From assembly GCA_040388035.1 (NCBI GenBank), contig JAZKCP010000022.1:32357-90385 (forward strand): a stretch of 58,029 nucleotides of DNA, read 5' to 3'. Position 1 is the first letter of the stretch. Each line of letters opens with the position of its first letter. The DNA is from Bacteroidota bacterium (GTDB taxonomy: Bacteria; Bacteroidota; Bacteroidia; Flavobacteriales; Flavobacteriaceae). The notes beneath the pieces were generated by a model. It had not been told where the DNA came from. It worked only from the letters and a program-made list of their open reading frames with translations, and did no database searches. Both the position numbers and the translations under genes were made by a program. Shown piece by piece: positions 18,732 through 27,312 of the stretch.

Positions 18732-19622
18732 TTAATAGTCTGTTTTCACTTTTTGCGTAACCAAATAAACGCCGGAAAATATCAAAACTGCCGAGAGAAT
18801 TTTAACCAATGTCAGTTCATCTTTTCCTAAACTGATGGCAAAAACAGTAGCAAAAAGCGGCTGTAGGTAAATAAAAACCGCGACCGTGGTTGGTTTCAAT
18901 TCCCTCATGGAAATTAGATTTAACAGATAAGTGAAAAAGGTTGTGAAAACTACAACAAAACCTATTTCCAAAAGAATTGTTGCCGGAATTGTTGTCCATA
19001 CAATTTCCTGATATTCACTCCAGCCAAAAGGCAAAACCATTAGCAGGCCAAAAGTGTAAATCCATTTTACGAATGTAAACGCATTGTATTTGTCCATTAG
19101 TTTTTTGACCACTATCAAATAAAAAGCGTAGGAAACAGCATTGACGAAAACCAATAAATTCCCAAGCGAAGCATTCTCGGCATTGCCAATTGATTTTCCA
19201 TATAGAATTAGAAATCCTGTTCCAAAAAGACCGAGCAGGATTCCGAGAATCTTTCGGAGTTTTATCTTTTCCCTTATGATAATTGCCGACAAAATCAAAA
19301 CAATTATTGGCGTGGTAACCATTATTACAGCTGCGGAAATTGGTGTTGTAAAAGCCAACCCTTTGAAAAACGTCAGCATGTTCAAAGCCACACCAAAAAA
19401 GGCCGCGACTACAATTCTGGGAAAATCATTTAGTTGGATTTTTTCTTTTGGACCAACAAAAGAAATTATCCAAAACAAGATAGTGGCACCAATAACGCGT
19501 AGCAAAATGAAACCATAAGGTTTGATATAAACCGGCATGACATCTTTGGCGACCGTAAACGAAACGCCATAAATCAACGAAACCATCATGGCGGCAATCA
19601 ATGCCCAGGTTCTTTTTGACAT
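18732..19622 (-). CDS. EamA/DMT family transporter
   Basis: About 10 TM helices in two EamA repeats; YLQPLFA motif. Confidence 0.9.
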   Translation of the reverse strand: MSKRTWALIAAMMVSLIYGVSFTVAKDVMPVYIKPYGFILLRVIGATILFWIISFVGPKEKIQLNDFPRIVVAAFFGVALNMLTFFKGLAFTTPISAAVIMVTTPIIVLILSAIIIREKIKLRKILGILLGLFGTGFLILYGKSIGNAENASLGNLLVFVNAVSYAFYLIVVKKLMDKYNAFTFVKWIYTFGLLMVLPFGWSEYQEIVWTTIPATILLEIGFVVVFTTFFTYLLNLISMRELKPTTVAVFIYLQPLFATVFAISLGKDELTLVKILSAVLIFSGVYLVTQKVKTDY

Positions 19623-19975
19623 TACAACAATGCTTTTATAACTTCAATGATATTTTTTTGTCCGTTACCAATGTAGATTTTATCGTCGATGATAAAAACC
19701 GGTCGGCTTAAAAACGTATAATGTTCTAAAATGTGTTTTTTGAAATCGGCTTCCGTCAATGATTTGTTTTTTAAATCCATCGATTTATAAAGCTGTGCTT
19801 TTTTGCTGAATAACGCTTCATAGCTTCCGGAAAGCGAATGCATTTCCTCTAGTTCCTTTTCTGTAATTGGGTTTTGACGAATGTCGTGGAATTCCAATTT
19901 GTCAGGATTCGGCAATGATTTTATAATTTTCCTGCAGGTGTCGCAGGAAGCTAAATAGTAAATTTTATTAGTCAT
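19622..19975 (-). CDS. ArsC/Spx-family thioredoxin-fold protein
   Basis: N-terminal CDTC, DIRQNP, FLSRPV. Confidence 0.85.
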   Translation of the reverse strand: MTNKIYYLASCDTCRKIIKSLPNPDKLEFHDIRQNPITEKELEEMHSLSGSYEALFSKKAQLYKSMDLKNKSLTEADFKKHILEHYTFLSRPVFIIDDKIYIGNGQKNIIEVIKALL

Positions 19976-20044
19976 TGAATTTCTTTTTACAAAGGAAATT
20001 CATTTAAAATTTATAATATGTATTTTTATATAAAATTTAAAATC

Positions 20045-20500
20045 ATGGATGCAACTTTCAAAATTTGGGAAACCAACAGAAAACTTTATCTGAAGCTTTT
20101 AGAAAATTATTCGTTGGAACAACTGAATAAGACGCCGGAAGGTTTTAGTAACAATCTGGCTTGGAATTTAGGGCATATTATCGTAGCGCAGCAAGGATTG
20201 GTTTATCGTCTTTCGGGTTTGCCATCAAATGTGTCAGAAGAAATGACTAATACCTATAAAAACGGAACAAAACCAACAGGAACAACTACACAGGCCGAAA
20301 TTGACGAATTAAAAAGGCTTCTTTTTTCATTGATGGAAAAGACAAAAGAAGATTATGCCAATGGTAAATTCGTTACCTATACCGAATACACAACAAGCAC
20401 CGGATTTAATTTGGCAACCGCAATGGAGGCTATGAATTTTAATAATTATCACGAAGCGCTTCACTTGGGCTTTATGATGAATATTCGAAAGTTTATATAA
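20045..20500 (+). CDS. DinB family protein
   Basis: NNLAWNLGH and HEALHLG His triad; start reassigned to ATG 20045. Confidence 0.88.
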   Translation: MDATFKIWETNRKLYLKLLENYSLEQLNKTPEGFSNNLAWNLGHIIVAQQGLVYRLSGLPSNVSEEMTNTYKNGTKPTGTTTQAEIDELKRLLFSLMEKTKEDYANGKFVTYTEYTTSTGFNLATAMEAMNFNNYHEALHLGFMMNIRKFI

Positions 20501-20534
20501 CGTTAAACTACCTTTTCCATCCAAAAAATTAAAA

Positions 20535-20542
20535 TATCTTTG
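20535..20542 (+). promoter_or_regulatory. -7 promoter element (TATCTTTG) for the cystathionine synthase/lyase gene
   Basis: TAnnTTTG about 28 nt upstream of the ATG. Confidence 0.6.
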
Positions 20543-20570
20543 CCAAAAATTACAACAAACATCTACCAAA

Positions 20571-21713
20571 ATGAAATTCAATACTAAAGTCATACATGGC
20601 GGACAGCACCATGAAAAAGTAACCGGAGCGGTGATGCCGCCGGTATTCCAAACCTCAACATTTGCGCAGACTTCACCCGGAAAGCCAGTTGGTGATTATG
20701 AATATTCAAGAGCGGCAAATCCAACGCGCCAGGCTTTGGAAGATGCTTTGGCTTCGATAGAAAACGGCGCACGTGGTTTGGCATTTTCATCAGGATTAGC
20801 AGCAACCGATTGCTTATTGCGAATGTTTAAAGCCGGTGACGAAATCATCGCAATGGATGATTTATACGGCGGAACATACAGAATGTTTACACGTATTTAC
20901 AAAGACAGCGGTCTTAAATTCCACTTTGTGGATATGAATGATATGGCGAAATTCCAATCGCTTATCAATGAAAACACGAAATTGGTTTGGGTGGAAACGC
21001 CAACAAATCCATTGATGAAATTGGCCGATATTCAAGAAATCGCCAAAATTACAAAAGCGAAAAATATCCTTTTTGCAGTTGATAATACTTTTGCAACACC
21101 TTATCTGCAAAAGCCTTTGGATTTAGGCGCTGATATCGTAATGCATTCGGCTACCAAATATCTTGGCGGACATTCAGACGTCATTGCCGGAGCCTTGATT
21201 ATAAAAGACAAAGCCTTGGGCGATGAGTTACATTTCAAACAATTTGCTACTGGTGCGACACTTGGGCCAATGGATAGTTTCCTGGTTTTAAGAGGAATCA
21301 AAACCTTGCATTTACGTGTACAAAGACATTGTGAGAACGGAGAAAAAATAGCAAACTTTTTGGCGAATCACCCAGAAGTAGAGACTGTTTATTATCCTGG
21401 ATTGCCTGATCATCCGTTTCACGAAATTGCAAAAAAACAAATGAGCGGTTTTGGCGGAATGGTTTCTTTTACTTTTAAATCAGGTAAAAAGGAAGATGCT
21501 ATTGCTTTCCTGGAAAAATTAAAAGTATTCACTTTGGCAGAATCGCTTGGTGGCGTTGAGAGTTTGGCGAATCATCCAGCCTTGATGACACACGCTTCCA
21601 TTCCGGAAGACAAGAGAAAAGAAATTGGAATCACCGATGATTTGGTCAGATTGAGTACCGGCGTCGAAGATATCGACGATTTATTAGCCGATATTGAACA
21701 AGCCTTCAGATAA
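20571..21713 (+). CDS. metB: Cystathionine gamma-synthase/gamma-lyase (PLP trans-sulfuration enzyme)
   Basis: YSRAANPT, ETPTNP, VDNTF, HSATKYLGGHSD (PLP Lys), AESLGGVES. Exact specificity (metB vs cth/mccB) is uncertain. Confidence 0.8.
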   Translation: MKFNTKVIHGGQHHEKVTGAVMPPVFQTSTFAQTSPGKPVGDYEYSRAANPTRQALEDALASIENGARGLAFSSGLAATDCLLRMFKAGDEIIAMDDLYGGTYRMFTRIYKDSGLKFHFVDMNDMAKFQSLINENTKLVWVETPTNPLMKLADIQEIAKITKAKNILFAVDNTFATPYLQKPLDLGADIVMHSATKYLGGHSDVIAGALIIKDKALGDELHFKQFATGATLGPMDSFLVLRGIKTLHLRVQRHCENGEKIANFLANHPEVETVYYPGLPDHPFHEIAKKQMSGFGGMVSFTFKSGKKEDAIAFLEKLKVFTLAESLGGVESLANHPALMTHASIPEDKRKEIGITDDLVRLSTGVEDIDDLLADIEQAFR

Positions 21714-21716
21714 AAC

Positions 21717-21747
21717 AAAAAGCCTCGAATTAATCGAGGCTTTTTTT
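21717..21747. terminator. Bidirectional intrinsic terminator
   Basis: aaaaagcctcga-attaa-tcgaggcttttttt between convergent genes. Confidence 0.9.
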
Positions 21748-21751
21748 ATGT

Positions 21752-22648
21752 TTAAAAATTATAATTCACTCCTAAACCAATGACTTCCCGAATCTGAAAT
21801 CCCCGGAAGGCATTGTCATCGTAAATTGTCTGGAACGCAATGTTTGAGCTCATGACTTTATTGATTTTCATTACAATATTCATCGTATAATCAAGATCGA
21901 CATTTTGCGGGTCTTCCAGATAATTGGAGTATAGATTTAAAATGTTCTCCATAGTCACATTGGTCATCAGATTAAATTTGTAATATCCGTTAAGGGCAGC
22001 TCCAAATTCATAACGCGTTGAATCGCCCTGAAGCACTCCAAAAGAAGGCCCTAATTCGGTAAAATGGGAATGGACTAAAATCAATTTGGAAGTTGCAGGT
22101 GCAATGTTGAATTTTAGATTATCGCTTTTTTTCCACATCATACCTGGTCCAAGTTGTAAATAAGCCGGCGAAAAGAAATGGGATAGTTTTATCGTGTTAT
22201 CAACGGGATCGAAGCCCGAATCAAACTGTGTCTTAAAATTGAAAAATGCCGAATAATACCAATATCCCACAGCTTTTTTTCCTAAAAGTGTGTTGAATTC
22301 AAATCGGTCATCCGTTTTTTGTATGTCTTGTCCTTTGATTTTGGTAAGGCCATAACTGGCAATTACTTTGTTATCCCAACTCCATTTGTTGTTTTTATAA
22401 TTGATATCATAGTTTAAGCCTAAATTACCTGAGATATTGCTTTGTCCACCGGCTAACCAATTATTGAAGGAAGATTGATTGGCTAAAAACGTAAACATTC
22501 CTTTTTGTACCCAGCCATTTGGCTTTTCATCTTTGAGTCTGGCTACCGCTTCTTCGGTTTTCTTTAGCAATTCTTTTTCATTTACCTGAGCAAAACTGAC
22601 AGTAAATGCAAATGCAAAAGCAAGAGTTAAAATAATTTTTTTACTCAT
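21752..22648 (-). CDS. DUF3078 outer-membrane beta-barrel protein
   Basis: Signal peptide from ATG 22648 (MSKKIIL...), QSSFNNWLAGG, KTDD, FFSPAYL, C-terminal GVNYNF. Confidence 0.85.
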   Translation of the reverse strand: MSKKIILTLAFAFAFTVSFAQVNEKELLKKTEEAVARLKDEKPNGWVQKGMFTFLANQSSFNNWLAGGQSNISGNLGLNYDINYKNNKWSWDNKVIASYGLTKIKGQDIQKTDDRFEFNTLLGKKAVGYWYYSAFFNFKTQFDSGFDPVDNTIKLSHFFSPAYLQLGPGMMWKKSDNLKFNIAPATSKLILVHSHFTELGPSFGVLQGDSTRYEFGAALNGYYKFNLMTNVTMENILNLYSNYLEDPQNVDLDYTMNIVMKINKVMSSNIAFQTIYDDNAFRGFQIREVIGLGVNYNF

Positions 22649-22670
22649 GCTTAAATATTGTGTTTGGTAT

Positions 22671-22707
22671 TGTTTCACCAGTTCGCTGGCGCTCGTGTCG
22701 TGAATCT
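22671..22707. repeat. Short GC-rich dispersed-repeat-like insert in the DUF3078 leader
   Basis: The - strand reads cgacacgagcgccagcgaactggtgaaacaa, resembling a recurrent Flavobacterium repeat I recall (CGACCCGAGCGATAGCGAACTGGCGAAGCAA). Only one copy is in the window. Confidence 0.4.
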
Positions 22708-22738
22708 GCGATTTCATGCTGTATAGATTAGATTTCCG

Positions 22739-22746
22739 CAAAGGTA
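22739..22746 (-). promoter_or_regulatory. DUF3078 -7 promoter element (TACCTTTG)
   Basis: TAnnTTTG overlaps the ORF-track TTG start, which argues that start is false. Confidence 0.55.
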
Positions 22747-22750
22747 AAAA

Positions 22751-23263
22751 CTATTTTGCTTTCTTGAATAACGGAACGGCAGAACAGGCTTCGCCATACA
22801 TGATGCTTTTGGCAAACGGTTGTAGGTTTTGGATTGCCATGATATAAGCGCTTTCGGGCACAGGTTTTTTGGAACAACCTTTTAAAATAACTGGTTTATC
22901 CTGGTATTTTGAGTAATCTAAAGTCGGGAGGATTTCCAGGTAAAGTGCCGTTTCCAAATCAGAAAGATTGCCAATAACCACTTTTTTGGCAAAAGGAGAA
23001 AGATAAACCGTAACTAAAATACTCGCCCAGGCCGGAATTATAGCATCTGTCGAACAATGGATGGCTACATATTGGTTTTCATATTGTTTCCAATCGTGAT
23101 TTTTCAATGCTTCGCGAAAGTCCTTTTCCTTTAGTAGAAAACCTTCAAACAGCCATAGCGAAATATCGATTTGCGTTCGAATCCCGTTTGGATAATAATC
23201 TTCCAAATCGAAAACTTCGAGAACAGAATTGGAAACTTTATTAATTATTTCATCCATTTTCAT
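22751..23263 (-). CDS. DUF2480 family protein
   Basis: EIINKV, FDLEDYYP, LKEKDFR, CSTDAIIPAWA, IMYGEACSAVP. Confidence 0.85.
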   Translation of the reverse strand: MKMDEIINKVSNSVLEVFDLEDYYPNGIRTQIDISLWLFEGFLLKEKDFREALKNHDWKQYENQYVAIHCSTDAIIPAWASILVTVYLSPFAKKVVIGNLSDLETALYLEILPTLDYSKYQDKPVILKGCSKKPVPESAYIMAIQNLQPFAKSIMYGEACSAVPLFKKAK

Positions 23264-23336
23264 TAGTGTTCAGTGTTCAGTTTTTAGTGTTCAGTTGAGC
23301 TAAATCTGCCAACTGCGACTGCCGACTGAATACTAA
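23264..23336. repeat. Inverted array of 7-nt repeats (YAGTGTT x5 / CTG-led units)
   Basis: tagtgtt cagtgtt cagtttt tagtgtt cagtt ... ctgccaa ctgcga ctgccga ctgaata ctaa. Confidence 0.85.
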
Positions 23337-23338
23337 TT

Positions 23339-23662
23339 TTAAAGCATTCCAAGTTCTAACTTTGCTTCTTCGCTCATTAAATCCTTGCTCCATGGCGGAT
23401 CAAAAGTAATTTCTACTTCACAGGCCTTAACGGTATCTATTTTTTTGATTTTTTCTTCTACTTCACGAGGCAGGGTTTCTGCTACAGGACAATTTGGTGA
23501 AGTCAGTGTCATCAAAACCTTAACCTCATTATCTTCATTAATCATCACATCGTAGATTAATCCCAACTCGTAGATATCAACAGGAATTTCTGGATCATAA
23601 ATGCCTTTCAGGGTTTTCACCACATTTTCTCCTAAGTTGATATCGTCTTTAAATTCTTCCAT
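23339..23662 (-). CDS. sufT: DUF59/SufT Fe-S assembly protein
   Basis: IYDPEIPVDIYELGLIY, MTLTSPNCP, FDPPW; start reassigned to ATG 23662. Confidence 0.9.
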   Translation of the reverse strand: MEEFKDDINLGENVVKTLKGIYDPEIPVDIYELGLIYDVMINEDNEVKVLMTLTSPNCPVAETLPREVEEKIKKIDTVKACEVEITFDPPWSKDLMSEEAKLELGML

Positions 23663-23669
23663 AGTATTT

Positions 23670-24089
23670 TTAATTTTTTGCATTGAATGCCAATGCATAC
23701 ATTTTTATTTTTTTTATCATCGAAACCAAACCGTTGGCACGTGTCGGCGATAAGTGTTCTTTTAATCCGATTTCATCAATAAAATTGGTGTTTGCGTTCA
23801 GGATATCTTCTGCTTTTTGATTGGAGAAGGCGCGGATCAATATCGCAATAATCCCTTTGGTCAGAATCGCATCACTATCGGCAGTGAAAACTATTTTGTG
23901 GCCAGTTTGTTCTGCATGAACCCAAACTTTTGACTGACAGCCTTTGATAATGTTATCTTCAGTTTTGTATTGTTCATCAATCAGCGGCAACGATTTCCCT
24001 AAATCGATAATATATTCGTAGCGTTGCATCCAATCATCAAACATTGAAAATTCGTCAACGATTTCGTCCTGTATTTCTTGTATTGTCAT
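23670..24089 (-). CDS. sufE: Cysteine desulfurase activator SufE
   Basis: RYEYIIDLG, GCQSKVW, ADSDA, LSPTRANG. Confidence 0.95.
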   Translation of the reverse strand: MTIQEIQDEIVDEFSMFDDWMQRYEYIIDLGKSLPLIDEQYKTEDNIIKGCQSKVWVHAEQTGHKIVFTADSDAILTKGIIAILIRAFSNQKAEDILNANTNFIDEIGLKEHLSPTRANGLVSMIKKIKMYALAFNAKN

Positions 24090-24523
24090 TCTTTTGCTTT
24101 AGCTAATAAAACTAATTTATTTACCAATTTTTCAATTTCCGCTGGTGGAAATCCATGATCAAAATCAGTGGTTTCATAGTTTTTATCCTGGTAACGTATT
24201 TTCAGATTGGCAATCGCGGCGCCATCATAAAATCTTTTTTGGGTTGGATCTTTTAACGCTGGAACCTTTTCCAAATCTATCGTTTCGAAATAGCCCATGA
24301 TTTCTTTCCAGTCATTATCTGAAATCGTCAGTTGTTCGGGATTTTTTTCGCCATTTCTATCCCTGAAAATAGTAGCTTTTTGGTTGACAATAATAATTTT
24401 TTGAAAAAATCCTCGTGTCGTCGCGGTATATTGCAATGTTGCGTTGGCTATATCATTTTGAGCTTGGTTGCTACAACTTTTTCCAAGGAAAACGGTTAGT
24501 AAAATCATGGTAATTGCTTTCAT
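24086..24523 (-). CDS. Hypothetical exported protein, possibly a lipoprotein
   Basis: Hydrophobic N-terminus ending LGKSC; RFYDGAA and FDHGFPP motifs; 4-bp overlap with sufE. Confidence 0.7.
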   Translation of the reverse strand: MKAITMILLTVFLGKSCSNQAQNDIANATLQYTATTRGFFQKIIIVNQKATIFRDRNGEKNPEQLTISDNDWKEIMGYFETIDLEKVPALKDPTQKRFYDGAAIANLKIRYQDKNYETTDFDHGFPPAEIEKLVNKLVLLAKAKE

Positions 24524-24534
24524 CTTTATGTTTT

Positions 24535-25755
24535 TTAAGATAACATCATTTGTGCTTTTTTCAATGCTTCAATCATCAAATCTATTTCTTCTTTTGTATT
24601 ATAAAAAGCAAAACTTGCTCTTATTGTTCCCGGAATTTTATAAAAATCCATAATCGGCTGAGCGCAATGATGTCCGGTTCGTACAGCTATTCCCAGTTTA
24701 TCGATAATCGTGCCAACATCATACGGATGAACTCCGTTGATATTAAATGAAATTACGGATGCTTTTTTATTCAAATCTTTTGGCCCGTATATTTCAATGT
24801 TTTCCATTTCCATTAACCTTTTGGTTCCGTATACCAGCAATTCTTTTTCATAAGCAGCAATATTATCAAAACCAACTGCATTCATATAATCGATGGCGGT
24901 TCCAAAAACAATTCCGCCACAAATATTTGGTGTTCCTGCTTCAAATTTATGAGGTAAATCGGCATAAGTTGTTTTTTCAAAAGTTACGGTAGCAATCATT
25001 TCGCCTCCGCCTTTATATGGTGGTAATTTTCGCAGCCATTCTTCTTTTCCATACAACATTCCAACACCGGTTGGACCACACATTTTGTGAGCCGAAGTTA
25101 CATAAAAATCTACATTCAATGCCTGAACATCGGGTTTTAAATGCGGGCAAGCCTGTGCGCCATCAATCAAAACGGCTGCTCCAACCTGATGCGCTTTTTC
25201 TATTACGAATTCAATCGGATTGATTGTTCCCAAACCATTTGAAATGTGGTTGCAGACAACCAATTTTGTTTTATCCGAAAGCAATTTTTCATATTCATCC
25301 ATCAATAACTCGCCGTCATAACTCATTGGAATGACTAATAACTTTGCGCCTGTGTGTTCGCACAACATTTGCCAAGGCACAATATTACTATGGTGTTCTA
25401 TTGCTGAAACAATGATTTCATCATCCTTTTCTAACAACGATGCAAAACCATTCGCAACCAAATTTATGCTTTCAGTTGTCCCTGAAGTAAAAATGATTTC
25501 ATAATTATGTTTGGCATTAAAATGTTGTTGGATCTTATTTCGGGCTTGCTCGTATGCGTCTGTTGCTATTTGACTCAACGTATGGACGCCACGATGAATA
25601 TTCGCATTGTATCGCGAATAATAATCTACAATAGCGTCGATTACAACTTGTGGCTTTTGCGAAGTAGCGCCGTTATCAAAATAGACGAGCGGATTTCCAT
25701 TCACTTTTTGATTCAGTATCGGAAAATCAGCCCTGATTTTATTTATATCTAACAT
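24535..25755 (-). CDS. sufS: Cysteine desulfurase SufS
   Basis: YFDNGATSQKP, NIHRG, EHHSNIVPW, SAHKMCGP, RTGHHCAQP. Confidence 0.96.
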   Translation of the reverse strand: MLDINKIRADFPILNQKVNGNPLVYFDNGATSQKPQVVIDAIVDYYSRYNANIHRGVHTLSQIATDAYEQARNKIQQHFNAKHNYEIIFTSGTTESINLVANGFASLLEKDDEIIVSAIEHHSNIVPWQMLCEHTGAKLLVIPMSYDGELLMDEYEKLLSDKTKLVVCNHISNGLGTINPIEFVIEKAHQVGAAVLIDGAQACPHLKPDVQALNVDFYVTSAHKMCGPTGVGMLYGKEEWLRKLPPYKGGGEMIATVTFEKTTYADLPHKFEAGTPNICGGIVFGTAIDYMNAVGFDNIAAYEKELLVYGTKRLMEMENIEIYGPKDLNKKASVISFNINGVHPYDVGTIIDKLGIAVRTGHHCAQPIMDFYKIPGTIRASFAFYNTKEEIDLMIEALKKAQMMLS

Positions 25756-25781
25756 TTCTTTATTTAGAAAAATTCTAAATA

Positions 25782-25789
25782 CAAAAGTA
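25782..25789 (-). promoter_or_regulatory. sufS -7 promoter element (TACTTTTG)
   Basis: TAnnTTTG on the - strand about 26 nt upstream of sufS. Confidence 0.55.
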
Positions 25790-25809
25790 GAAAAATTGAA
25801 GTTGAAAAA

Positions 25810-25924
25810 GCCACGAATTGACGAATATTTATGATTTGTTTGTTTTTAATGAGCCACGAATGCACGAATGTTTGAGTATTTTATTGTTACAAATGCTTCA
25901 AAAAATTATTCGTGTATTCGTGGC
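25810..25924. repeat. REP-like element: two left arms and one right arm of the GCCACGAATGCACGAAT family
   Basis: gccacgaattgacgaat (25810-25826), gccacgaatgcacgaat (25853-25869), attcgtgtattcgtggc (25908-25924). Confidence 0.88.
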
Positions 25925-25955
25925 AAAAAAGTAACTTGCATTAAATAGTTTCTGT

Positions 25956-27311
25956 ATGAAAAAAATCCTCAAAGTTCTCGGTGTTTTACTACTTATCCTT
26001 CTTGTTTATTTGCGTATTGCGATTTATCCACAACTTGATTTGCTTTCGGGGTTTTCGGCCAAAAGCGTGGCTTCCGGGCATTTTATTGACAATAGGAATT
26101 TACTCACGATTGAGCAAGGTGACAATAATATTCCAAAAGTGGATTGGGCAACCAATAATATAAATGAGGAAGGACAATATGTTACCTCAACCGTTTTCGG
26201 ATTAAAGGAGCGCAAAGCGATTTACAGAGAAGGTTTAGGCGCAACACTAATAAACGATGATTTTGATGTTACTAAACCATATCAAGTTCCGTTCAGATCA
26301 TGGAAAGAACAACTTGTCAATAATTCACCTTTCCCTTATGGCGAAAGCAATCAAAAAGACACTGTTTTTTCCAATATAAATTACGAAAAATTGAATGCCG
26401 TGGTAGATAACGCTTTTGACAAAAAAGGCGTGAAATCAAAGAGAACACGTTCGGTAATAATTATCTATAAAAATAAAATCATTGCCGAAAAATATGATGT
26501 TGGTTTCAACAGGAGTTCAAAAATCCTTGGTTGGTCGATGACCAAAAGCATCACGGCAACTTGCTTTGGTATCCTACAGAAACAAGGCAAAATCGATATT
26601 ATGAAACCGGCGCCGATAGTAGAATGGCAGAATGACGAACGAAAAAAAATCACTATAAACGATTTGCTGCACATGAATTCAGGATTGGAATGGGAAGAAG
26701 ATTATACCAAGATTTCAGATGTGACCAAAATGCTATTCCAGGCGGAAGACATGAGTCGCTGCCAATTGGAAAAACCAGCTAAATTCAAACCGAATACGCA
26801 TTGGCTTTACTCTTCGGGAACGACAAATTTATTGAGTGGGATTTTGCGAAAGCAGTTCAAAACACATCAGGAATATTTGGATTTTTGGTATTCGGCTTTG
26901 CTAGACAAAATTGGAATGAGATCGGCTATAATTGAAACGGATATGGCTGGGAATTTTGTCGGATCATCCTATGGCTGGGCAACAACCAGAGATTGGGCAA
27001 AGTTTGGATTACTTTATCTGAACAAAGGAAACTGGGATGGCGAACAGCTTTTTGATGAAAGTTGGGCAAAATACGTTGCAACGCCAACCACCACTTCAAA
27101 CGGACGATATGGCGCGCAGTTTTGGCTCAACGCTGGCGGACATTTTCCTGATGTGCCACGAGACATGTTTTACTGCAACGGTTACCAAGGGCAAATGGTA
27201 GCAATTATTCCGTCTCAGGATTTAGTGATTGTCAGAATGGGTTTAACCGAAGAGCCTGAGTTTGATTTTAATGGGTTTTTGCGAGATATTGTAGGAAATT
27301 TGAAGAGATAA
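25956..27311 (+). CDS. Serine hydrolase, beta-lactamase/AmpC-like family
   Basis: SxxK in WSMTKS, LLHMNSGL, YSSG, RDWAKFG, GYQGQ; N-terminal TM. Confidence 0.9.
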   Translation: MKKILKVLGVLLLILLVYLRIAIYPQLDLLSGFSAKSVASGHFIDNRNLLTIEQGDNNIPKVDWATNNINEEGQYVTSTVFGLKERKAIYREGLGATLINDDFDVTKPYQVPFRSWKEQLVNNSPFPYGESNQKDTVFSNINYEKLNAVVDNAFDKKGVKSKRTRSVIIIYKNKIIAEKYDVGFNRSSKILGWSMTKSITATCFGILQKQGKIDIMKPAPIVEWQNDERKKITINDLLHMNSGLEWEEDYTKISDVTKMLFQAEDMSRCQLEKPAKFKPNTHWLYSSGTTNLLSGILRKQFKTHQEYLDFWYSALLDKIGMRSAIIETDMAGNFVGSSYGWATTRDWAKFGLLYLNKGNWDGEQLFDESWAKYVATPTTTSNGRYGAQFWLNAGGHFPDVPRDMFYCNGYQGQMVAIIPSQDLVIVRMGLTEEPEFDFNGFLRDIVGNLKR

Positions 27312-27312
27312 T

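Noticed and set aside
20501-20570. Possible SAM riboswitch upstream of the metB-like gene
   Set aside because: The leader after the -7 box is only about 25 nt, A-rich and unstructured.
2981-25924. Intergenic repeats considered as CRISPR arrays
   Set aside because: Units are 7-17 nt, inverted, without unique spacers, and there are no cas genes.
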